Assembly: GCF_001194135.2 (NCBI RefSeq)
Contig: NC_068987.1
Span: 96,251,235 to 96,315,234, forward strand
DNA length: 64,000 nt
Reading direction: 5' to 3'
Source: Octopus bimaculoides
Taxonomy: Eukaryota
The notes beneath the pieces were generated by a model. The model saw only the letters and a program-made list of their open reading frames with translations, searched no databases and was not told where the DNA came from. The translations under genes and the position numbers were made by a program. Positions 15,001 through 23,724 of this stretch are shown piece by piece; the stretch's first letter is position 1; each line of letters starts with the position of its first letter.

Positions 15001-18000
15001 TGCGCAGTGAGAGCTAGCAGTGACCTTCATGAGGTAGTGTGCCAAGTGACATCACTGTGTTTACTTCGCAAGTTGTGGAATTTGTGTTTTTGTGATCACG
15101 TGTATGCTGTAGTCTGCAATTTTGTTATGGTCAGGAACAATGTGAAATTTTGCGTTAAACTTGGGAAGTCTGCTACAGAAGCATTGAGCATGCTTTGGCA
15201 AGCTTACAGCTATGAGGCAGTGGGTTGTTTATTTTAACAAAAAAAAAAAAAAATAAATAAAAGACAATAATACTTACATGACATCTGGCAGCCAGGTATC
15301 GACACTCTGCATGTGTCTGGAAGAAATAGAAAAGCAATACAGCAAAAAAGTTTAAAAAGTCAGTTTTGAAAGTTTAATATATTAACAGCAGGTGTGGCTG
15401 TGTGGTGAGTGGATTTGGTAGATGGAAACTGAAAGAAGCCTGTTGTTTACATGTATATATATCTACATGTGTGTGTCTTTGTGTATGTGTTTATCTCTCA
15501 CCACCAACTGACAAATGGTGTTGGTGTGTTTATATCCTTGTAACTTAGCAGTTCAGCAGAAGAAACCAACAGAATAAGTATCAGGCTTTACAGAACATAA
15601 TAAGTACTGGGATCGATTCGTTCAACTGAAATTCTTCAAGGCAGTGCCCTAGCATGGCCGCAGTCTAATGACTAAAGCTAGTAAAAATCCATCCTAATCA
15701 ATGTCACTGCTATCAAATTTTACATTACACAATTACCATCACCACAAGGAGATCCTATGTTGTTGTTTAGCCACAGGTAAACAACAGGTAAATAATACAG
15801 ATCTATCATTAAAGACATTCTGGATTTAAGTAACTTATCTTCTTTTCTTAAACCATAGTTTATCTAAGACTACATTATCCAATGTCTCCCTTTTGGAAAA
15901 CAGTAGGTGTGATTTGAGAGACTTGGCTGCTATTTCTAGCAAGCTTTATGACAATATAGATGCTTTTTCTCAGTGGCTCAACTCTTCAATGCAGATGTTC
16001 AACTTATTTAATATAATAGCAATGTGCTTTTTCTTGTGATACTAACACAAGAGAGGTTGAGTAGTCCACGGTGCGACAAGACTAATGGGACTTCACAGCC
16101 CTCCACTTTCTCGGCTCATTTCCTAAACACTTTATTCAGTGTACTCGGTGCATCTTTCATGGCACAAGCACAAAATCTAAAACACAAAGAAGATGAATTG
16201 GTTGAAAACTTCTTTCAAACTCCCATCATCATTGTTGTTTTTATGCCTAGATTTTCTATATTAACATCAGGTTGAGTAATCTGCAGAACAGTATATTGCC
16301 ATGCTTCTCAATCATGCGTCTGCTCAACTACAAAGCCCAACACATTAATACCTAACCTCTCTACTTCTTGGTGGGTATTCCCCTGTCAAGAGTAACTTCT
16401 ACTAACCTTATCAGTAAGCTCCAACAGTCCCAGATCTTCCACCACGATACTTTATGTCTTCCTCAGACATAATACTATTACATCTTATGCTTTTCTCTGC
16501 CATACATACCATTCACTGTCAATAGATGGCACTCTTTCATTGTCAGCATCATTTAATGTGACACTGGCACGGGTGCCTTTACACATGGTGTTGGTACAGG
16601 TGCTTTAATCCGTGGCACCAGCATGTGTTTTCTTATTTCTTTTATGCTCACAAGGGGCTAAACATAGAGGGGACAAACAAGGACAGACAAAGGGATTAAG
16701 TCAATTACAGCGACCCCAGTGCGTAACTGGTACTTAATTTATTGACCCCGAAAGGATGAAAGGCAAAGTCGACCTTGGCTGAATTTGAACTCAGAACGTA
16801 ATGGCAGACGAAATACCGCTAAGCATTTCACCCGGAGTGCTAACGTTTCTGCCAGCTCGCCACCTTAACAGCAGCATGAGTGTTTTCTACAGGCTGCTGG
16901 TACAGGTGCTTTTTATGTGGAGCTGACACAAGTGCTCTCTTTATGTGGTACCAACACAGGTGCTTTTTATGCGGTGCCAGTGCAGGTACTCTTTATGTGG
17001 TGCTAATGCAGGTACTTTTTACATAGCACTAGTACCCATGGGGTCATCAAGTTGCTTGCAAATCTAAATTTCTACAACAGTAAACTCACATCGAAGGTGA
17101 GATAACTATGGCTGCATTACTCCATGGTGAAAGGAAGTTGAGCCGTTGCAAACAGACTTGGTAATAACTCTTACTGCAACTATTACCACCGCTACCACTA
17201 AGACCACTCCTATGAATACCACCACCATTCCTACAGCAACTACCACCCCTACTCCCTATCATTAGCATTATCTTTGTCATGTACTCCACTCCTACAAGTG
17301 TGGTTCTAGAATATTATGTGCACAAAGATGTACGTGTGTTTATAACAGATGTGTATGATATTTGGGTTATGTAAAGAGCTCCCATAGGATTACACAGGCC
17401 ACAAACCAGAGTATATGGCACAGTGAAATTTGAACTATTCATAAATTTCTCACACCAATAGATCAATGAAATATAACGAGCTAGCTATACTTTAGAGTGA
17501 TAAAGTACTCCCAGTCACCTCTGACCATTTTGTAGCTGAGAGACTTTCATTAGTTAGCATTTAATTCTAGTGACTGTGTGATACTTTCCCTCATCATCAT
17601 GATTTAATGTGCATGTTCCATGCTGGCATGGGTTCGGCAGTTTGACAGAAGCTGGCAAGATGGAGAGCTGCACTAGGCTCAAATTGTCTGCTTCCTTATG
17701 CCAACCACTTCACAGAGCATACTGGGTGCTTTTTAACATGACACTAACATGGATGTTTTTTTACATGGCACCAGCAACTTAATAATCAAACAATGTGGAA
17801 AGCATAAGAAACCCACTGGACTTACCTTGTCGAGTTTTTTACTGCGAAGAAGATGAGATGCTCGATGATACTGTCCTGTGAGGTAGAGGGCTTGTGCATA
17901 CCAGTAAATGTCTTCAACAACACCTGAGCAAAGAATACAAAATAAAAATATATAAAGAAAAATAAACAAAAAATTAAATTACCAACATACAAAAAAACTT

Positions 18001-20439
18001 ACAGAAGAGTCAATGTACAAGCCTTTACATAGTCATTTGAAATAGCAGCCAACTTATTTTTAAACATCACCATGGATTAGAGCCATTGACTGATTAGGGT
18101 TTGCTATGGATGCAAAACATTTCTGATGAAAATATGAACATCATTTAGGTGCAGGAGTGGCTGCGTGGTAAGAAACTTGCTTTCCAACCACATGGTTCCA
18201 GGTTCAGTCCCACTGTGGCACCTTGGGCGAGTGTCTTCTACTATAGCCTCAGGCCAACCGAAGCCGTGTGAGTGGATTTGGTAGATGGAAACTGAAAGAA
18301 GCCCATCATATATATATATATTTGTTATTTGTGTCTGTGTTTGTCTCTCCACCATCACTTGACAACTGATATTGGTGTGTTTACATCCCCATCAATTAGT
18401 GGTTCGGCAAAAAGAGCCCGATAGAATAAGTACTAGGCTTATAAAGAATAAGTCCTGGGGTAAATTTGTTCGACTACAGGCGGTGCTCCAGCATGGCTGC
18501 AGTCAGATGACTGAAACAAGTGAAAGAATAAAAGAAATCATCTCTTGGCTTAGTCAGCAAGCTACCAGACTTCTACAGACTTGGCCAGCAACCCATCAGA
18601 GTTCTACACATTCAGTCGGCAAACAACTAGATTCTTATAGATTTAATTAAGTGTGAATGAATTTCTAGTAAAATGCAAAAGCGATAAGCTTGATGCTAAA
18701 CTTACCATTTGACAAAGAAACTGCTTTATCTGCCCAAAAAACTGCAGACTCATATTGGTGCTGAAAAAAAAAACAAAACAAAATAACATCAGAGTAATAA
18801 CAATTTTTTGTATTTCCACAATCATGATAAAGTCATTATAGCTATTAATAATAATGATAATCCTTTCTACTCTAGGCACAAGGCCTGAAATCTTGGGGCA
18901 GGGGGCTAGTTGATTACATCAACCCCAGTCTTTTATCGACCACGAAAGGATGAAAGGCAAAGTCGACGTCGGCGGAATTCGAACTCAGAACATAGCGACG
19001 GGCGAAATACCGCTAAGTATGTTTCTGACTAGGGTGCAAGACCAGCAACTTTGAGAAGAGGTAGTTGATAACCTTTACTTCAGTACTTGACTGGTATTTT
19101 ATTTTATCGACCAGTGTTAATAAAGTCGGTAGATTTGGAAGGAATGTATAGTTGATAAAATAGTCACCAGTACATAAAAGGTACATCTTTCAGTTATCTA
19201 AGAAATATTGGTGAAATTTGAAATCAGAACTAAGGGACGTAACTATATACTACAAAGGTATTTTGCTACCGGCGCTACTGATTTTGCAATGTATTTCAAT
19301 AATACAAATAATTATTTAGCAGTGGTGTTTGATACCCCTACCTAAAAAACAAATCACTGAAATTAATTAGAATTATGATACTCTCGGCATTAATAACATT
19401 ATTCTTTCCTATTATAGGCAAAAGGCTTGAAATTTTAGTGGGAGGCGGAGGGGGTGGCTACTCGATCACATCGACCCTGTACTCAACTAGTACTAATTTT
19501 ATCGAACGCAAAGGATGAAAATCAAAGTTCACCTCGGCGGAAACTGAACTCTGACAGACGAAATGCCGCTGAGCATTTTGCCCGGCGTGCTAACGATTCT
19601 GCCATTAACAGAAATAGTATTTAGTTGCGCCCCTTTACGTTTAAATTTTGAATCTGATCGGGGTTGATTTTCCTTTTCATCCAACTGATGGGTGAAATGT
19701 ATGTTTTTTCCTGTAGATTTTGTTGTGTTAGAATTACTCTAACCGCCAAAATCATTGGAAATTACTCATTCGCTAGGTAAACCACACTTTCAAAGTGAGA
19801 CATGTGTAATAGTTAAAAATTCACCAAATAAGTAGCACAGCTGTTCTGAAATCAATATAATCGACTGTGCAGATCCCCAAAATATGAGGTCTTGCGCCTA
19901 TGATGGTAGCAATGTCACGTCAAGAAAGGTAGGAATTAGTAATTTTTACATATCTAATAAAGGAATTCAGTTAATTGCCGCAGAGCTTTCATTTGGTTCT
20001 AATTAATAGAATTCTAACAGGACCGATCTCAATAATTAGCATATGTTGTGTTTTCATTAATTCTGCTTCCTAGCTTGTAGAAGACAGACAGAAGTTGTCA
20101 AAATTCCGTCACTGTATCAGAGAAAGTAACAAGTGCCGATGAGTTTAGGAAAAGGATACATTCGAAAACAAACCACATTTTACTATTTTATCGTAATCTC
20201 CCGGAGAAAAAAAATGAAAACACATCAAATACGACTTCTGATAAAGGAACAAATATAACATGAATGAAACGAGTGTTCCGGATGAAATTCCTCCGGACAC
20301 TAACATTAATTGGGGGATTCGATTAAGGGCATTGTCAAGCAGTAGCGGGAAACACAGGTGACTGGGGAATGAGTGAATAAATCGTGCTTACATTGTCTAT
20401 ATATTGGCGGACACGTTCACGAAGCTGTCGTAGATTCAT
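247..20439 (-). CDS. CDC16: Anaphase-promoting complex subunit 6 / cell division cycle 16 homolog (TPR protein); 14 coding exons in window, 3' end beyond window start
   Basis: Joined exons (1373 nt, frame continuous) translate MNLRQLRERVRQYIDN-HQYESAVFWADKAVSLSN-GVVEDIYWYAQALYLTGQYHRASHLLRSKKLDK-THAECRYLAARCH...KATTLDRMYGPAWLAYGHSFAVDQEHDQAMAAYFTASQLMKG-CHLPVLYIGLEYGLTNNSKLAERFFSQAL...KWETLHNNLAHTCRKLK. This is colinear with human CDC16 as recalled (MNLERLRKRVRQYLDQ..., GPAWIAYGHSFA, CHLPMLYIGLEYGLTNN). All introns are GT-AG. Confidence 0.97.
438..572. repeat. Inverted repeat, 53-bp arms with 2 mismatches, 29-nt spacer
   Basis: 438-490 versus reverse complement of 520-572. Confidence 0.9.
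1454..1606 (-). CDS. CDC16: CDC16 exon 13 (CHLPVLYIGLEYGLTNNSKLAERFFSQALTIAPEDPFVLHEMGVIAFQNQ)
   Basis: 153 nt; ttccag acceptor, gtaagt donor. Confidence 0.97.
3844..3969 (-). CDS. CDC16: CDC16 exon 12 (KATTLDRMYGPAWLAYGHSFAVDQEHDQAMAAYFTASQLMK)
   Basis: 126 nt; tttcag acceptor, gtcagt donor. Confidence 0.97.
4245..5560 (+). mobile_element. Decayed mariner transposon with a SINE-like repeat inserted at about 5200-5350
   Basis: Broken frames read MFSGIWRV/HHEVL, AEKYCHQLEAL, YDNA*PHIAQ, ILPHPP...SD...FRPLQHYL and, after the insert, KNLPNRWD (DD34D mariner); degenerate TIRs at about 4248 and 5535-5560. Confidence 0.8.
6042..6112 (-). CDS. CDC16: CDC16 exon 11 (VAWFSVGCYYLLINNYEPARRYL)
   Basis: 71 nt; ttctag acceptor, gtgagt donor. 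Confidence 0.95.
6808..6857 (-). CDS. CDC16: CDC16 exon 10 (ELFYLSHKLVDLYPTKP)
   Basis: 50 nt; ttgcag acceptor, gtaagt donor. Confidence 0.96.
9184..9263 (-). CDS. CDC16: CDC16 exon 9 (VLKKDPYNSLCLPLHIAVLVELKKSN)
   Basis: 80 nt; attcag acceptor, gtgagt donor. Confidence 0.95.
10711..10844 (-). CDS. CDC16: CDC16 exon 8 (YNKPGQLDIP...LAERHYYNCDFIRCYNITH)
   Basis: 134 nt; tttcag acceptor, gtaaaa donor; AERHYYNCDF motif. Confidence 0.96.
10996..11090 (-). CDS. CDC16: CDC16 exon 7 (EKELLESLPFNHQCPEEERDLVKFLYENRLKK)
   Basis: 95 nt; ctccag acceptor, gtaggc donor. Confidence 0.95.
11501..11870 (+). mobile_element. Possible non-autonomous Helitron
   Basis: Starts tcttatctataataataaa...ctgtctgtgtgt; ends in a GC-rich tract plus CTAG (ccgcgggagctag). 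Confidence 0.45.
12220..12379 (-). CDS. CDC16: CDC16 exon 6 (MESCINLLRGKIYEAMDNR...HHMLSAEE)
   Basis: 160 nt; gccag acceptor, gtagtt donor. Confidence 0.95.
14056..14193 (-). CDS. CDC16: CDC16 exon 5 (YECKEWQLALNIINL...MSTQN)
   Basis: 138 nt; tttcag acceptor, gtgagt donor; divergent linker but frame-preserving. Confidence 0.88.
14525..14900 (+). mobile_element. tRNA-headed SINE family D; other copies at about 10045-10400, 12710-13000, 40500-40810, 48395-48710, 51600-51910
   Basis: Shared core gccagccttgtcacactctgtgtcacgctgaat...gatcaactggaaccct. Confidence 0.82.
14930..15235 (+). mobile_element. 5' fragment of a mariner-family element (same family as 38317-39220)
   Basis: TIR tgaggtggtatcaagaagttcc; HTH remnant [24 protein letters not shown]. 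Confidence 0.8.
15278..15316 (-). CDS. CDC16: CDC16 exon 4 (THAECRYLAARCH)
   Basis: 39 nt; ttccag acceptor, gtaagt donor; CRYLAARCH is conserved. Confidence 0.94.
17826..17923 (-). CDS. CDC16: CDC16 exon 3 (GVVEDIYWYAQALYLTGQYHRASHLLRSKKLDK)
   Basis: 98 nt; ctcag acceptor, gtaagt donor. Confidence 0.96.
18145..18530 (+). mobile_element. tRNA-headed SINE family B, near full length; other copies at about 1-160, 830-1060, 2970-3200, 6320-6510, 8070-8410, 13040-13320, 15395-15680, 32455-32810, 49160-49560, 50510-50790, 53340-53520, 63485-63630
   Basis: A-box-like TGGCTGCGTGG, B-box-like GGTTCAGTCCC, internal (TA)n, many dispersed copies. Confidence 0.85.
18706..18760 (-). CDS. CDC16: CDC16 exon 2 (HQYESAVFWADKAVSLSN)
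   Basis: 55 nt; tttcag acceptor, gtaagt donor; ends phase 1. Confidence 0.95.
20392..20439 (-). CDS. CDC16: CDC16 coding exon 1 (MNLRQLRERVRQYIDN)
   Basis: 48 nt; ATG at 20439; donor gtaagc; matches the CDC16 N-terminus. Confidence 0.93.
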
Positions 20440-20620
20440 TCCGCATGATGTTTCTTCAACACAACCTTCAATTTCACCCGCCATTATTGTTATTTATATG
20501 ACGCATGCTTACAAATTATATTCAACCAATCAGCTTACAGTTAAGAAAGCCGACTGCCTTAATATAACGGGTTTCTATTAGTGGTTAACAAATACTGTTA
20601 CCATAGAAACAAAAACAAAG
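20440..20620. promoter_or_regulatory. Bidirectional promoter and 5' UTRs shared by CDC16 (-) and AKAP14 (+)
   Basis: 181 bp between divergent ATGs; CCAAT(CAG) at 20526-20530, Myb-type CAGTTA 20538-20543 and TAACGG 20565-20570, X-box at 20597-20610. Confidence 0.8.
20597..20610. promoter_or_regulatory. RFX X-box (GTTACCATAGAAAC)
   Basis: 14-bp imperfect palindrome resembling GTTGCCATGGCAAC, 10 bp upstream of the ATG of a motile-cilia gene. Confidence 0.75.
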
Positions 20621-20627
20621 ATGGAAG
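20621..20627 (+). CDS. AKAP14: AKAP14 coding exon 1 (ATG GAA G)
   Basis: aagATGGAAG|gtaaaa; phase 1 fits exon 2; a 7-nt coding exon, so the start is inferred. Confidence 0.7.
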
Positions 20628-23600
20628 GTAAAAGAGATGTTTTTTGCACTTTTCAGTAGATTCCTTTTTTTAGCTTTTATTCAGTTATTGTGCTTTAAAA
20701 ATCAGTTGATTAATCAATACAGATAAGCTATAGCAGACAGAACTTGTAATATTTATATTTCATTGCATTCAGTTTACATGCGATATAGCTAATAAAGCAA
20801 GTTGTTTGGGTTTTTTTTGTCTTGGTTAAATTGTGCAACAAGTTGCTGTACGAACGATAGCTCCTGAGCATACCCCTCCTCTTTATTAGTTTACTACTAG
20901 AAGGTAAGAGCTGATGATTCTCCTGGCCTCCGCTCAAACCACACTGAAAAAGATTCTCATCATCATCATCACAATCCCCACCACTATTATTATCACCACT
21001 GCTATGTGGTCTGTCGTCCTGCTAAAAATAGCAGTCAAATTCGTCTCGAACCCTCACTTTATCATCTTAGGAAATAGAAGGACATCTTGGATAAAGTAAT
21101 CCTGGTTATATCATTTGAAGATAAGCTGGAACAGTCATGGCTGGAGTGAGTTGTCTGCTTTATCAGAGCTACTCTGGAACTAAACAACAACAAAATCACC
21201 TTTGTGATGTTGTCATCATAATCACCAGGAGCATCACCATAGACTCCTTCATTAATTCAATTGCCGCCATCCTTCTACTTGGTTTCGTTCATCTGTCTGT
21301 CAAGAATGGCTCTGCATTACTACAGCAAAAGCGAAGATTTTCTGATGCCAGTAATAAATATAGTATACATTCATATTCATGTCCTCTCTTGAGCTCTCTT
21401 TCTAATTATGAATTACAAAGCACGGTCAGAATATTAGAATTTCTCTTGTGGCTCAATTCCTAATGGTGTGAGTTGGGACTGAAACTCATCACTGTAGGAT
21501 AATGGAGCACCAAGTTTGCAATGCAACAGATCAACTGAAAGAAGCCAACTTCTTAGTCATTCCTCACCTATGTCCTATGGTAAAATTTGAGAAGAAAAAT
21601 GTTGGAGGAAAATCTCTAGTTGTTATAGTTTTATCAGGGCAATTGTTAAGTCTTGACTTTACTCATCACCATCATCATCATTTAGCATCCTTTTTCCATG
21701 TTGGCATGGGTTAGATGTTTTGACTGGGACTGGTAATCCGGAGAGCTGCACCAGGTTCCATTCTGATTTGACTTGGTTTCTACAGCTAGATGCCCTTCCT
21801 AATGGCAATCACTGCAAGAGTGTAATGGATACATTTTAAGTGCCACCAGGACGGGTGATTTCAAGTGTCACTTGCATGGGTATCTGTTAAGTGTCACCAG
21901 CACGGGTGCCTTTTATGTGTCACCAGCACTAGCCATGACTATGATTTCACTTGGCTTGACACATCTTCTCAAGCACAGCAAAACACCAAAGGTCTCAATC
22001 ACTTGTCATCGCTTCCATGACACTCAGCATCCAAAGATCATGCTTCACCACCTCATCCCATGTCTTCCTGGGTCTGAAAAACTCATACTCTTTAACTGTT
22101 CATAAAGGTGTTATTATACATGAAAACAAGGAGTATTTACATCTGTCTACTTACATAAAGTGTTAGCTAAAATTTATAGATATACTTTGTAGCGGTGCAG
22201 CTTCCTAGGTCTAAACAACAGTAGTATTATTCCCTTCAGGGGACTGTCACATTAAGTTGACAGCATACAACTACTTCAATGTATCACTACTGCATACATC
22301 TCTCTGAGAGATTTAGAAATGTATTATTTCTAAAGTCAAAGTAATTTAATGGAAATTAATTTGAAATCACATCATTTAAAACCAAAATTTAAAATTCCGC
22401 AAGAACTTTCTTGACAACCTAATAATTTGGATGTCAGTCTTTAGTGTTATTCCTTTGAATTAATGGCTTAAGGTACTCAACACATCACTATAATTCCATA
22501 TAAATAAAGAAATAAAACATTGAATGAACTTGAGAAATTGTTTAAGGAAATTTGAAACCACTTGATTGCTAATTTTTAAATATTATATGATTAAAATATT
22601 AAAGCAAAAGAATTTTTTTTCTCTCAATATTTCAGCGTCTACAGATGAGTCACCGGAGTTGTCTGAATCTCAAGAAATAAGTCTTGAGAAGCTAACTTAT
22701 GGGTGTGTTGAAGAAATCCTTGCAAGGGCTCTTAAGCATGTTCAAGAAACACAATGTCCCAGTTGTAATACCTACATTGACCCAGATTTAAGCTCAACAG
22801 GACAATGTCAGAATTGCGAAACATTAATTGATGAGTTGGTTGGATACACTATAGAAACTGCCAAGGAAAATCTAATGGCTGAAAGTGGTCGAGATTATGT
22901 TTTCAATGAATATGGTCCACCAAAAAATATTATCTGGTTCAATATTGACCAGTATTCAACTGATATGGCATTGAGAAAGATTGACCAATACATCAGGGTA
23001 AAGCTTTTTATTTGCTTTTTTATAATGAAGAACTGCCATTATTGGTGTCAGTTGTGAGTTGCTCCATTGGACAGAATGTGCATGACTCAAATCTTCTCAT
23101 AAAATGTAATTTAATCACTTTCTAAGTGTGAAGGGTCTTTAAAAACCTACTGCTAATAATTTGTTGGTTCATATCTTGCCAATGGCACTGTGTTGTGTCT
23201 GTGTCCAAGACAACTCTGAAACTGTTTAGTCCACCTTTCTCTTGTTAGATGGTGTTAAGTGAGTGACAAATAAATATCTCCCTGGTCTATTGTCAGTAAC
23301 ATTTTCAGTTATTTTCAAAATCTGGGTTAATGTAGAATAAAGTATTCTGGTCAGAAGCATAGTAAAACATCTGCAGTAGATTTGAATTCATGAACCATTT
23401 CTTTGATACTTTATTTTCTGTGTGTGTGTGTGTGTATGTGTGTAAACATATATTAATGTTTATTTTTATATTCAGTTATTATAAAAACAATTTTACATTA
23501 ATCTGGTGGTTTACTCTATACTTTATCCTTAAATAAGAATGTTGCTGACAATGACTTCAAAGTTTCAACCAGCTGAGCCATAGTGAAACTGGAGCCCAGT

Positions 23601-23689
23601 GAAGGGTTAGCTGGGTGAAATTTCAAAGTCACTGTCAACAACATTCTTGTTTTAAGAAAATTAAATATATATATATACTTATACATACA

Positions 23690-23724
<35 letters not shown>

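Noticed and set aside
18145-18230. tRNA genes at SINE heads (also 37648, 14525, 49160)
   Set aside because: A and B boxes are present but no cloverleaf can be drawn, and each continues into a SINE body
20728-20937. Minus-strand ORF as a CDC16 first exon
   Set aside because: No similarity to CDC16; the conserved N-terminus is fully encoded at 20392-20439, and this ORF lies in AKAP14 intron 1
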